Below, in pieces: positions 37,368 through 47,069 of a DNA stretch of 64,000 nucleotides. Position 1 is the stretch's first letter. Every line of letters starts with the position of its first letter. The notes below the pieces were generated by a model. It was not told the DNA's origin and did not search any database. It saw only the letters and a list, made by a program, of their open reading frames with translations. Source of the DNA: an uncultured delta proteobacterium (lineage in GTDB: Bacteria > Myxococcota_A > Polyangia > Polyangiales > Polyangiaceae); the NCBI GenBank assembly GCA_963782055.1, contig CAWAIF010000003.1, positions 5,760,001 through 5,824,000 of the forward strand, read 5' to 3'. The position numbers and the translations under genes are program-made.

Positions 37368-40300
37368 GCGTGAATGCGTTCACCAGCCAGGCGTACGTCG
37401 GCGGCCGCTTCCTCATCGAGCGCGAGGTGGGGCGCGGCGGGGTCGGCATCGTGTACCGCGCCATGGACGAGGTCACCGGCCAGCCGGTGGCGCTCAAGGT
37501 GATCGCCATCTCCGGCGTCGACGCCGGCGAGGAAGCGCGCTTCCGCCGCGAGGGCCGTGTGCTCGCGGGGCTGCGGCACCCGGCGATCGTGCAGCTCGTC
37601 GCCTTCGGGCAGCTCGACGAGGGGCAGCCCTACGTGGCGATGGAGTGGCTGGAGGGCGAGGACATCGCCCAGCGCCAGCGTCGATCGCCGCTGCCCCTCG
37701 GCCAGTGTCTGGAGGTCGCCGCGCAGGTGGCCGACGCGCTCGCGGCGTCGCACGCCGCCGGCATCGTGCACCGCGACGTCAAGCCGTCCAACGTCATCCT
37801 GGTGGGCAGCGGCCCCGGCTCGAGCGAGGTGCTGCAGGCGAAGCTCGTCGACTTCGGCGTCGCCGCGGCGGAGGACGCCAAGCTCACGCGCACCGGCGCG
37901 ATCATCGGCACGCCCGCCTACATGGCGCCGGAGCAGGCGCGCGGCGACGAGGGCGTCGACGCGCGCGCCGACATCTACGCGCTGGGCGCCACCCTCTTCG
38001 AGATGATCACCGGCCGCCCGCCCCACATCGGCCCGACGCCCATCGCCATCCTGGCGCGCCTGGTCACGACGCCGCCGCCGCGACTGTCCGACGTCTACGC
38101 GGCCACGCCCATCCCGCTCGACGACCTGATGGCGGAGCTGCTCGCGACCGCCCCGGAGGACCGCCCCTCCGGCATGGGCGAGGTCGCCGACCGCCTGCGC
38201 GCCATCGCCGCCGACGTGGCCTCGCGCGCCGGGAGCGAGACGCGCGCCGTCTACAAGGAGTCGGAGCCGCCCATCAGCATGATCGGCCCGGCGAGCTCCA
38301 TGGGGACGCCGAGCACCGGCGGCTCGCGCCTGGTGACGACCATCCTGGGCACCCACGTGCCGAAGGGCCCGGCGCGCGCCCGCCTGGTGGCGCACCTGCG
38401 CGCGCGAGGCGCGGAGGCGACCGAGCTCGGGGGCGACGCGGTGGTGGCGCACCTGGGGGTGAAGCGCTCGGTGGGCGACGAGGCGACGCGCGCCATCGAC
38501 CTGGCCATGCGCCTCGCCAAGGTCAACGCCACCGTGGGCATCGCCACCGGCCGCACGCGCGTCGAGCGCGGGGCCCGCCCGATTGGGGAGGTGGTGGACC
38601 GCGCGGCGGCGCTCGCGCGCGACGCGCAGCGCGGTCAGGTGCTGGTGGACACCACGACGGCCGAGCTCGCGCGCGGCCGCTTCGAGTTCCAGGTGCGCGA
38701 CGACGGCACCGCGCTCGTCGGCGGCGCGCACGTCGGGCGCAAGGACGCCCTCGGCGGGGCGCCCTTCGTCGGCCGCGAGGCGGAGCTCTCGCAGCTCGTC
38801 GCCTCCTTCGAGCGCGCGCTCGACGATCGCACCCCGGTGCTGGTCACCCTCACCGGCGCGCCCGGCATCGGCAAGACGCGCCTGCGGCGCGAGGCGATCC
38901 AGCGCATCTCCTCCAACTCCTCCGGCGCGCGGGTGATCCTCGTGCGCTGCGAGACCTTCGGCAAGTCGCACCCGCTCGGCGCGCTCGCCGACATCGCCCG
39001 GCAGATGGCCGGCGTGCCCAAGGGCGCGACGCTGGAGGACGCGCGCGTCGCCACCACCAACGTGGTGCACATGAGCGACGCGCACCTGGACGCCGACGCG
39101 CAGGAGCTGGTCGCCAGGCTGCTCGCCAACGAGCCGCTACCCGAGATGGCGGAGGCCCGCGCGGCGCGCGACGCGCTGTGGATGGCGGTCACCGACATCT
39201 TCGTCGGGCTGGCGCGCCGGTCGCCCATCGTCATCGGGCTGGAGGACGCCCAGTGGTGCGACAACGAGAGCCTCTCCTGGCTCGACCACGCGCTCGCGCG
39301 CGCGTCGGGCGCGCCGCTGTGGGTGCTGCTCACCACGCGCCCCTCCCTCTGGCGGGAGGAGCCGGAGCGCTTCGCCGGGCGCGACCACGTGCGCCTCGAG
39401 CTGCGGCCGCTCTCGCGGCGCGCGGTGCGCACCATCGCGCGGTCCATCCTGGGAGAGCGCGTCGCGCAGGGGGACCAGGTCGCCGAGAGCATCGCGCTGC
39501 AGGCCGCGGGCTCGCCGCTGTTCGCGGAGGAGCTGGCCCGCCTCGCCGCGCAGGGCCGCGACGCCGCGCAGGCGCCGACGATCGAGGCGGCGATGCAGGT
39601 GCAGCTCGACGCGCTGGACGACGCCACGCGGGAGGCGGCGGCGCGGCTGAGCGTCTTCGGTCAGGTGGGCTGGGACACCGGCCTGGAGGCGCTGGGCGTG
39701 CCGCTCGCGAGCGATGTGCTGCGGCAGCTCGCGGCCGCGGAGGTCGTCGTCGAGCAGGCGACGTCGCGCTTCAAGGGCGTGCGCGAGTGGGCCTTCAAGC
39801 ACGCGCTCATGCGCGAGGTCGCCTACGCCGCGCTGGGCGACGACGCCCTGCGCGATCTGCACGCGCGCGCCGGCCGCTGGCTCGCCAGGATGGGCGAGGA
39901 CGACGCCACCGTCGCACGGCACTTCGAGCTGGGCGGCGCGTGGACGGAGGCCGCCGGCCACATGGAGAAGGCGGCGCGACGTGCGCTCGCCGCGCACGCT
40001 CTGGGCGACGCCGTGACGATGGCGGAGAAGGCGCTCGCCTTCGCCGAGGACAAGCCGACGCAGTTCGCGCGCGCGCAGATCCTGGACGAGGCGTGGAACC
40101 GCCAGGACGCCCGCGCCGGCGAGCGCGACTCCGCGGTGCGCGCCATGGCGGAGGCGGTCTACGACGAGGCAAGCGAGGTCCGCGCCCGCGGCGCGCGCGT
40201 GCGCTACGAGGATGCCTGCGGCGGCGACTCGGAGACGAGCAGCCGCCTGGATCAGGTCCGGTGCGCGGCGCAGGCCGCCGGCCTGGTGGACGAGGAGGCG

Positions 40301-41293
40301 CGATGCGCGGCGGCGCTCGCCGCGCGCTACGCCTTCGCCGGCGAGCTGGACCACGCGGCCGACGCGGCCGAACAGCTCCTCTCCCTCTCGCAGCGGCACT
40401 CCATCCCGGCGGCGGCGGTGGACGCGTGGCAGACGCTGGCGGTGGTGCGGCAGGCCCGCGGGGACGTGGGCGCGGCGCTGGAGGCGCGCCGCTCCGCCGC
40501 CCGCGCGGCGAGCGAGGCCGGCCTCAAGACGCGCGAGGCGACGCTCACCATCAACGTCGGCTTCGCCCTGACGACCGTCGGCGCCAAGGGCGAGGCGCGC
40601 GTGGCGATCGAGGGCGGGATCGCCCTCGCGCAGGCGATCGGCTCGCCCGGCACGGTGCGCCACGGCCAGATGAACCTGCTCTGCTGGGCGGCGACCTTCG
40701 GGGGCGACCCGGCGCTGGACCGCATCCTCGCCGAGCCGCGCACCCTGGCGGACGCGGCGGCCAGCGGGAGCTGGGTGCCGCACGACCGCGCCACCCTCGG
40801 CGTGCTCTACTACCGCGGCCTGGAGCTCCTTCGCGGGACGGACTCCGACTCCGCGGAGCGCGCGCGCACGCTGCTGCGCACGGCGGCGCAGGGCTACCGC
40901 GCCACCAAGATGCTGGACGTGGTGCCGGTGGCGATGGGCTTCCTCGCGGAGGCGGAGCGCCGCTGCGGCGAGCCGCAGAAGGCGCGCGAGATCGCCAGCG
41001 AGGCGGCGCGCCTGCTCGACGAGGGGTCGGCGAGCCTGCTCAACGAGGCGCCGGTGTTCCTCGCGCTGCACGACGCGTGCGTCGACCTGGGCGACCTGTC
41101 GGAGGCGCGCGAGGCGATCCTGCGGGGCATCCCGCGGCTGGCGACGCGCGTGCAGGGGCTGGCGGGCACGCCCTACGCGCGCGACTTCCTCACGCAGCTC
41201 GCCACCAACGCCGGACTCATCACCGCGGCGGAGGCGTACGGCCTGGTGCCGCGCGAGCTGGCCGCGGTGATCGACAAGCCCGCGAACGCTTGA
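37364..41293 (+). CDS. Ser/Thr protein kinase fused to a degenerate cyclase-like region, AAA/STAND-type ATPase and TPR-like repeats
   Basis: VALK, HRDVKPSN, DFG, GTPAYMAPEQ; FVGREAEL, GAPGIGKT, LEDAQW, GSPLFAEEL, FKHALMRE. Confidence 0.9.
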   Translation: MSVNAFTSQAYVGGRFLIEREVGRGGVGIVYRAMDEVTGQPVALKVIAISGVDAGEEARFRREGRVLAGLRHPAIVQLVAFGQLDEGQPYVAMEWLEGEDIAQRQRRSPLPLGQCLEVAAQVADALAASHAAGIVHRDVKPSNVILVGSGPGSSEVLQAKLVDFGVAAAEDAKLTRTGAIIGTPAYMAPEQARGDEGVDARADIYALGATLFEMITGRPPHIGPTPIAILARLVTTPPPRLSDVYAATPIPLDDLMAELLATAPEDRPSGMGEVADRLRAIAADVASRAGSETRAVYKESEPPISMIGPASSMGTPSTGGSRLVTTILGTHVPKGPARARLVAHLRARGAEATELGGDAVVAHLGVKRSVGDEATRAIDLAMRLAKVNATVGIATGRTRVERGARPIGEVVDRAAALARDAQRGQVLVDTTTAELARGRFEFQVRDDGTALVGGAHVGRKDALGGAPFVGREAELSQLVASFERALDDRTPVLVTLTGAPGIGKTRLRREAIQRISSNSSGARVILVRCETFGKSHPLGALADIARQMAGVPKGATLEDARVATTNVVHMSDAHLDADAQELVARLLANEPLPEMAEARAARDALWMAVTDIFVGLARRSPIVIGLEDAQWCDNESLSWLDHALARASGAPLWVLLTTRPSLWREEPERFAGRDHVRLELRPLSRRAVRTIARSILGERVAQGDQVAESIALQAAGSPLFAEELARLAAQGRDAAQAPTIEAAMQVQLDALDDATREAAARLSVFGQVGWDTGLEALGVPLASDVLRQLAAAEVVVEQATSRFKGVREWAFKHALMREVAYAALGDDALRDLHARAGRWLARMGEDDATVARHFELGGAWTEAAGHMEKAARRALAAHALGDAVTMAEKALAFAEDKPTQFARAQILDEAWNRQDARAGERDSAVRAMAEAVYDEASEVRARGARVRYEDACGGDSETSSRLDQVRCAAQAAGLVDEEARCAAALAARYAFAGELDHAADAAEQLLSLSQRHSIPAAAVDAWQTLAVVRQARGDVGAALEARRSAARAASEAGLKTREATLTINVGFALTTVGAKGEARVAIEGGIALAQAIGSPGTVRHGQMNLLCWAATFGGDPALDRILAEPRTLADAAASGSWVPHDRATLGVLYYRGLELLRGTDSDSAERARTLLRTAAQGYRATKMLDVVPVAMGFLAEAERRCGEPQKAREIASEAARLLDEGSASLLNEAPVFLALHDACVDLGDLSEAREAILRGIPRLATRVQGLAGTPYARDFLTQLATNAGLITAAEAYGLVPRELAAVIDKPANA

Positions 41294-41298
41294 CCGTC

Positions 41299-42909
41299 AT
41301 GCACCTGGACGTCACGGCGAACACGGGGCGCGCGCGGGGCGGCTCCTTCGCCCGCACCCGGGCGGCGCGGGCGCTGCCGTGGGCGGCGCTGGCGGGGCTC
41401 GTGCTGCTCACGCGCTCCCCCGTCCTGCTGAACGCGAGCGCGCTCCACTCCGACGCGGCCGTGGTGGGCCTGCAGGCGCGCCACATGCTGCGCGGCGAGT
41501 GGGCGCCCTACCTCTGGGGCAGCGGCTACCAGACCTCCGCCGACTCGACGCTGGCGGCGGCGTTCTTCGCCGTCTTCGGCGCCACGCCCATCGCGCTCGT
41601 GCTCTCCGCGCTCTCGGCGTACGTCGCGCTGGTCCTGCTCGTCTTCGCCACCCTGCGCCGGCACCTGGGCCAGATGGGAGCGTTCGTGGCGACGCTGCCG
41701 CTCGTCTTCACGACCGCGTGCGTGGACACCTACGCCGTCTCGCCGCCACGTCAGCTCGCGCTCACGGTCGCCTTCGCCGCGGTGTTCTTCCTGGACGGCG
41801 CGCGGCGGGCGGCGCGGCCGCGGGCGTGGCTGGCGACGGGCGGGTTCGCCGTCCTCTTCGCGTGGCTGTGCAATCCGTACGCGATGACCTTCCTGCCCGC
41901 GCTCGGGGCGCTCGCCGCGCTGGCGGCGATCACGCCGCGCGAGGGCGCGCGCGCGTCGGCGTCACGCCTCGGGGCGGTGGCGCTCGGCGCCGGCGCGGCG
42001 GCGCTCCCCCTCGCGTGGCTCTGGACGCGGCCCGAGGCTCGCCACGGCGTCACCTCCATGACGACGCGCCTGCTCGCCCACAACGCGCGCCTCTTCTGGC
42101 ACGAGTGCCTGCCGTGGGCGATCGGCACGAAGGTGTACCGTCCGCTGCACGCGATGGACTACGCGCCATGGCGGCCGCCGCCGGCCGTGCACGCGCTGCA
42201 GGTGGGGGGGGTGCTCTTGCTGGTCGGCCTCCTCGCCTACGGCGCCGCGCTCTCCGCCAGGCGCCGCACGCCGGCGGCGCTGCGCCGGCTGGGCCTCTTC
42301 GCCGTGACCACCATCGTGCTGACGCTCGCCGCCTTCCAGGTGTCCATGATGGTCATGGACGAGTTTTCCATGCGCTACCTGGCCGCGGTGGTGCTCTGTC
42401 TGCCCTTCGCGCTCGCGCCGGTGGTGGCGCGCCTGGGGGCGCGGCGGTCGCTCGCGCTCCTGTCGCCCTACCTCTTCGTGGCGTTCGTGAGCGGCTGGGT
42501 CAGCCACGGGCCCGCCGTGCGCGGGGCGTTGCCGGTGCGGTGGGAGGCGGGGCGCGGCGTGGACGCGGCGCGCCTGGCGACGGCGCTCGAGGCGCGCGGC
42601 GTGAGGTACGGCGTCGCCGACTACTGGGCGTCGTACCGCGTCACCTTCCTCACCCGGGAGCGCGTCGTGCTCGTCCCGCTGCACGCGCGGCAGGACCGCT
42701 ACGCGCCGTACCGTGACGCGCTCGACCGGGCCGGGCGCATCGCCTACGTCCACGACTCGCTGCGATCGCTGGAGGACGACGTGCAGACGGAGCGGGAGCT
42801 GGTGCAGGCCGGCTACGTCGCCGAGGGACCGACCATCGTGGCGGGCCCCTTCCACGCGGTGGTGCTCCGGCGCGCCGGCGGCTCCGGCGCGGGCCGGGCC
42901 TTCAGGTGA
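41299..42909 (+). CDS. Polytopic membrane protein, probable GT-C (PMT/ArnT-like) glycosyltransferase
   Basis: LHSDAAVVGLQARH in the first loop, many TM helices, RY motif, ADYWASYR periplasmic domain. Confidence 0.6.
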   Translation: MHLDVTANTGRARGGSFARTRAARALPWAALAGLVLLTRSPVLLNASALHSDAAVVGLQARHMLRGEWAPYLWGSGYQTSADSTLAAAFFAVFGATPIALVLSALSAYVALVLLVFATLRRHLGQMGAFVATLPLVFTTACVDTYAVSPPRQLALTVAFAAVFFLDGARRAARPRAWLATGGFAVLFAWLCNPYAMTFLPALGALAALAAITPREGARASASRLGAVALGAGAAALPLAWLWTRPEARHGVTSMTTRLLAHNARLFWHECLPWAIGTKVYRPLHAMDYAPWRPPPAVHALQVGGVLLLVGLLAYGAALSARRRTPAALRRLGLFAVTTIVLTLAAFQVSMMVMDEFSMRYLAAVVLCLPFALAPVVARLGARRSLALLSPYLFVAFVSGWVSHGPAVRGALPVRWEAGRGVDAARLATALEARGVRYGVADYWASYRVTFLTRERVVLVPLHARQDRYAPYRDALDRAGRIAYVHDSLRSLEDDVQTERELVQAGYVAEGPTIVAGPFHAVVLRRAGGSGAGRAFR

Positions 42910-43840
42910 AGGTGCGGAAGGCCGCGACGGTGCGCTCCAGCCCCTCGCGCACCTTGATCCCGGGCTCGTAGCCGATGAGGGCGCGGGCCGCCTCGATCGA
43001 GGCGAGCGAGTCGCGCACGTCCCCCGCGCGCGTGGGCTCGTACTTCGGGTCCATCTTCTTGCCCGTCGCCTCCCCGATGATGGACAGGAGCTGGTTGAGG
43101 GAGATGCGCTCGCCGCACGCGATGTTGACCACCTGCCCCTTCAGGGCGTTGGGGGTGGTGGCCGCCAGGATGTTGGCGCGCACCACGTTCTCCACGAAGC
43201 AGAAGTCCCTTGTCTGCTCGCCGTCGCCGAAGACCACAGGGCGCGTGCCGGTGAGCGCGGCGGTGATGAAGTTGGGGATGACCGCGGCGTACTGGCTGGT
43301 GGGATCCTGCCGCGGGCCGAAGACGTTGAAGTAGCGCAGGCTGAGCGTCTCGATGCCGTACAGCTCGTGGAAGACGCGCAGCAGCTGCTCGTCGGCCAGC
43401 TTGGCGACGGCGTAGGGGCTGAGCGGCTGCGTCGGCATCGTCTCCACCTTCGGCAGGGTGGGCGTGTTGCCGTAGGCGGAGCTGCTCGCGGCGAAGATGA
43501 CGCGGCGGACGCCCGACCTGCGCGCGACGTCCAGCACCACCGTCGTGCCCTGGACGTTGGCGAGCATCGACGCCTGCGGGTGCTCCACCGAGCGAATGAC
43601 CGAGGGCATCGCGGCCTCGTGGAAGACGACCTCCACGCCCTTCATCACCCGCTCGACGGCGGCCGGGTCGACGATGCTCCCCTCCACGACCTCCACCTTG
43701 CCCTTCAGGCTCTCGACGTTCTGCCGGCGGCCGGAGGAGAAGTCGTCCAGGATGCGGACGGTCTCTCCCTGACGCAGGAGCTCCTCGGAGAGGGTGGACC
43801 CGATGAAGCCGGCGCCGCCGGTGACGAGATAGGTGGCCAT
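42902..43840 (-). CDS. NAD-dependent nucleotide-sugar epimerase (WbpP/GalE-like)
   Basis: TGGAGFIGS, ASSSAYG, YAVAK, LRYFNVFGPRQDP, GDGEQTRDF. Confidence 0.92.
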   Translation of the reverse strand: MATYLVTGGAGFIGSTLSEELLRQGETVRILDDFSSGRRQNVESLKGKVEVVEGSIVDPAAVERVMKGVEVVFHEAAMPSVIRSVEHPQASMLANVQGTTVVLDVARRSGVRRVIFAASSSAYGNTPTLPKVETMPTQPLSPYAVAKLADEQLLRVFHELYGIETLSLRYFNVFGPRQDPTSQYAAVIPNFITAALTGTRPVVFGDGEQTRDFCFVENVVRANILAATTPNALKGQVVNIACGERISLNQLLSIIGEATGKKMDPKYEPTRAGDVRDSLASIEAARALIGYEPGIKVREGLERTVAAFRTFT

Positions 43841-43964
43841 GGGCGTTTGGTAGCACAACGGGTGGGCCTCCCCGCACCTATCGATCGAGGCTCCGCCTGG
43901 TGCGCCCGGGCGAGCGGGGCGCCGGAAAGTTGGCCACCGGGGCCATCCTTGGCATGGTCAGGGC

Positions 43965-44279
43965 ATGAGCGGCACTCCTCTGCACGACGCCTCGACCCGG
44001 ACCAAGATTCACGGCCCGTGCTGCGTTTGCGGCTACTCCGATACGCGCGGCATCACGACGACGCGTCTCGCCTCCGGCGAGGTGGTGGTGGTCTGCGGCA
44101 CGCACGAGCTGATGCACCGTCGCACCGAGAACGCGGCGCGGACGGTGTTCGAGCTGCGGCGCCTGGTGCGCGAGCGGCGCGAGACGCGCCGTCGCGGGCA
44201 GGCCCCGGACGAGCTCGGGGCGAGGCTCTCCGACGCCTTCATGGACGACCGCCGCTCCGCGGACCGTCGCGGCGGCTGA
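43965..44279 (+). CDS. Small hypothetical protein with CxxC...CxxH zinc-binding motif
   Basis: CCVCG...VVCGTH, basic C-terminus. Confidence 0.6.
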   Translation: MSGTPLHDASTRTKIHGPCCVCGYSDTRGITTTRLASGEVVVVCGTHELMHRRTENAARTVFELRRLVRERRETRRRGQAPDELGARLSDAFMDDRRSADRRGG

Positions 44280-44303
44280 GGGAGGGAGGCGGGCGGAAGG
44301 CAC

Positions 44304-44343
44304 TTGCTACTGAAATAGTTGATGGCTATTCTTTCAGCAGCAA
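44304..44343 (+). promoter_or_regulatory. Promoter and inverted-repeat operator of the TA operon
   Basis: TTGCTA-N17-TATTCT overlapped by IR TTGCTACTGAAA...TTTCAGCAGCAA (11/12 match). Confidence 0.7.
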
Positions 44344-44344
44344 C

Positions 44345-44716
44345 ATGCCGCTCGTCGCCACCCAAGCCCCCGGCAAGGACGTCGTCGTCACCAAGGCGGC
44401 GCGCAGGGCGGCCGCCGCCCTCGGCCTCTCGCAGAAGGAGCTCGCCCGCGTCGTCGGCGTGAGCGAGGCGACGGTCTCGCGCCTCGCCAGCGGCAAGCTC
44501 CTCGCGGCGGACCGCAAGGAGGGGGAGCTGGCGCTGCTGCTGGTGCGCGTCTTTCGCAGCCTGGACGCCCTGGTCGGCGGCAGCGAGGAGAAGGCGCGCG
44601 CCTGGTTCGGCGCGAAGAACGCGCACCTCGGCGGCGTCCCGCGCGAGCGCGTGCAGCGCGTGGAGGGTCTGGTGGAGGTGGCGCAGTACCTCGACGCCAT
44701 GCGGGGGAAGCTCTAG
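44345..44716 (+). CDS. Antitoxin, Xre/MbcA/ParS (DUF2384) family
   Basis: HTH LSQKELARVVGVSEATVSRL; ARAWFGAKNAHLGGVP...VEVAQYLDAMRG. Confidence 0.88.
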   Translation: MPLVATQAPGKDVVVTKAARRAAAALGLSQKELARVVGVSEATVSRLASGKLLAADRKEGELALLLVRVFRSLDALVGGSEEKARAWFGAKNAHLGGVPRERVQRVEGLVEVAQYLDAMRGKL

Positions 44717-44740
44717 GCGCCCCGCGCCGGGCGCACGGGC

Positions 44741-45514
44741 ATGGCGGCGCGCGCGGGCTGGGTGGACGCGGCGGTGGCGGCGATGCGCACGCGCCCGCTC
44801 GAGCTCGACGCGTGGCGCGTGGTCGAGTCGCAGAGCCTCATCGCGACGCGCAAGCTGGTGGACTCCGACGCCGAGCAGGAGCTGCTGGAGGAGCTCATCG
44901 ACGGGGTGAAGCCGCCGGTGCCGGACGGGCCGGACTTCCGGGGCCTGCACTACCTGCTCTTCACGCCCTTCCGCCACCCTCCCCTGCGCCACGGCTCCCG
45001 CTTCGGGACACGCGCGGAGCGCGGCATCTTCTACGGGTCGAAGGACCTGCCGACGTGTCTCGCGGAGGTCGCGTACTACCGGCTCCTGTTTTTGGAGGGC
45101 ACCGCGGCGGCGCTCGCGCCGGTCACCGTGGAGCTCACGGCGTTCGCCGCGGCGGTGCGCGCGCGGCGTGGGGCGGACCTCACGCGGCGTCCCTTCGACA
45201 CACACGAGGCGGAGCTCGCCTCACCCTCCTCGTACGAGGTGACGCACCAGGTGGGCGCCGCCCTGCGCGCGGCGGGCGTGGATGCGTTTCTCTTCCTCTC
45301 GGCGCGTACGCCCCGCCGCGGCGTCAACGTGGCGCTCTTCGTGCCCGCCTTCGCGCGCAGGTCGCCCAGGGGCCTGCAGACGTGGATCTGCACGGCGGAC
45401 CGCGCCAAGGTGGAGATGGTGGAGAAGACCTTCACGCCGGGGCGCGCGCGGCGCATGACGTTCCCGCGCGCGGGCTTCGAGGTGGCGGGGAAGCTGCCGG
45501 CCCCGGGCGCGTGA
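44741..45514 (+). CDS. RES-domain toxin (NAD+ phosphorylase/ADP-ribosyltransferase family)
   Basis: WRVVESQ, GSRFG, FYGS...AEVAYY, SAR...NVALF; directly after an Xre/MbcA-type antitoxin. Confidence 0.88.
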   Translation: MAARAGWVDAAVAAMRTRPLELDAWRVVESQSLIATRKLVDSDAEQELLEELIDGVKPPVPDGPDFRGLHYLLFTPFRHPPLRHGSRFGTRAERGIFYGSKDLPTCLAEVAYYRLLFLEGTAAALAPVTVELTAFAAAVRARRGADLTRRPFDTHEAELASPSSYEVTHQVGAALRAAGVDAFLFLSARTPRRGVNVALFVPAFARRSPRGLQTWICTADRAKVEMVEKTFTPGRARRMTFPRAGFEVAGKLPAPGA

Positions 45515-45517
45515 CGG

Positions 45518-46213
45518 TCAGAGGCGCCCGGAGACGACGTACTGCGTGGGCAGGCCGACGGGCTCCACCGCGGCGGTGAGCCCGGCGCCCCCGAGCTCGC
45601 GCATCACCTGCTCCGGCGCGACGCGGAGCGCCTTCGGCGGGCCGCGCGGCGAGTCGGCGGCGAAGTCGACGACGAACACCGCGCCGCCGGGCGCGAGGGC
45701 GTCGCGCAGCTTGCGGGCGTAGGCGTCGCGCGCCGGGATGTGATGCCAGGTGTCGACGACGAGGATGCGATCGACCTTGCCGGCGGGCAGGCGCGGGTCG
45801 TCGACCGCGACGAGCACCGGGTCGACGTTGGTCCAGTGCTGGGCGGCGGCGCGGCGCTGCAGGTGCTTGATCATGTCCGGCTCGATGTCGAGCGCGAGGA
45901 CGCGCCCGCCCGGCCCGACCGCGCGCGAGAGGTACGTCTCGAAGTAGCCAGTGCCCGCGCCGACGTCGGCCACGGTCATCCCGGGGGTGATCTTCATCGC
46001 GGCGATGACGGCGTCGGGCTTCTGCCACGCGTCGCGAGCGGGGTCGTCGAACTCCTTCGTCCAGTCGTCGGCGTGCTGGAAGCGGTGCACGAGCGGGTGC
46101 TCCGGCGCGGGCGTGGGCGCGGGGTGCGCCGCCGGCGTCGGGGCGCAGCCGATCTGGGCGAGGAGGATGGGGGCGAGGGCGAGGAGCGGGAAGGTTCTGG
46201 ACATGCGTTCCAT
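45518..46213 (-). CDS. Class I SAM-dependent methyltransferase with lipoprotein-like N-terminus
   Basis: RDAWQKPD, VADVGAGTGYF, DTWHHI; N-terminal hydrophobic stretch ending QIGC. Confidence 0.82.
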   Translation of the reverse strand: MERMSRTFPLLALAPILLAQIGCAPTPAAHPAPTPAPEHPLVHRFQHADDWTKEFDDPARDAWQKPDAVIAAMKITPGMTVADVGAGTGYFETYLSRAVGPGGRVLALDIEPDMIKHLQRRAAAQHWTNVDPVLVAVDDPRLPAGKVDRILVVDTWHHIPARDAYARKLRDALAPGGAVFVVDFAADSPRGPPKALRVAPEQVMRELGGAGLTAAVEPVGLPTQYVVSGRL

Positions 46214-46346
46214 GGGAGCTCGAGGTGGAGCGGTAGAGTACGCCGCCACGCAAGCCTTGCAGCCGGTCCGTCGAACGAAATGTGTCGACCCAGCGCGTTT
46301 TCCGCGCGCCGTGTCGCGGCATGTGCGTTGCACGAAGGTGGGGGCG

Positions 46347-47009
46347 ATGTCTGCCACTCCTCCTGTCGACGACCAGCTCATCCTTGCACGCGTGGGCCGC
46401 CTCGGCGGTATCACCGAGCCGGATGCGGCGCGACGCGCGATCCTCGCCACGCTCGAGGCGCTAGGCGCGAGCCTCTCACGCGGCGTGCGCAGCCATGTCG
46501 CCGCCGCGCTGCCCGCCGCCCATGCCGCGGCGCTCATGCGACCGGCGGCGGAGAAGCTGAGCCGCGCCGACGCCTTCTACGATCGCGCGCGCGCCCTCGA
46601 GGGCACGACGCCTGGCTTCGCGCTCGAGCACGTGCAGGTGGTGTGTCGGGCGCTGGGGACGATGCTCCCCGACGAGACGCTCCAGCGCATGAAACGAGAC
46701 TTGCCCGGCGAGCTGGCGAGCCTCTTCAATCCGCCCGCGCGGGAGGGCGAGCCGCCGCTGCACGCGTCGCGCCCGCCTTCGCACCCGCCGCCGCACCGGG
46801 AGACGCTCGCCGCCGGGCACCCGGGCTTCACGCACACGCTCGCCGAGAGCGCGCCGGCCGCCGGGCAGACGCACTCGGTGGTGCGCGAGCAGAACCCGCA
46901 CGCGGACACCAAGCTGTCGAGCTCGCGCGGCATGACGCAGGAGCGTCTGGAAGAGGATCTGGCCACTGGCGAGCCGCGCGGCAAGCCGGTGAGCGAGACC
47001 TCGGACTGA
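46347..47009 (+). CDS. DUF2267-like helical protein with a repetitive C-terminal tail
   Basis: ARRAILATLEALG...FYDRA...VCRAL...LPGELASLF. Confidence 0.65.
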   Translation: MSATPPVDDQLILARVGRLGGITEPDAARRAILATLEALGASLSRGVRSHVAAALPAAHAAALMRPAAEKLSRADAFYDRARALEGTTPGFALEHVQVVCRALGTMLPDETLQRMKRDLPGELASLFNPPAREGEPPLHASRPPSHPPPHRETLAAGHPGFTHTLAESAPAAGQTHSVVREQNPHADTKLSSSRGMTQERLEEDLATGEPRGKPVSETSD

Positions 47010-47069
47010 CGTCGGCCACCATGAAGCGCAGCATCACGCGCCGGGTGGGCGGCAGGGGACGGGCGCGGT

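Noticed and set aside
37645..41298. 1754-aa ORF 37645-42909 as a single protein
   Set aside because: The first 1200 or so codons are an off-frame shadow of the kinase; only the part from ATG 41299 looks like a real membrane protein
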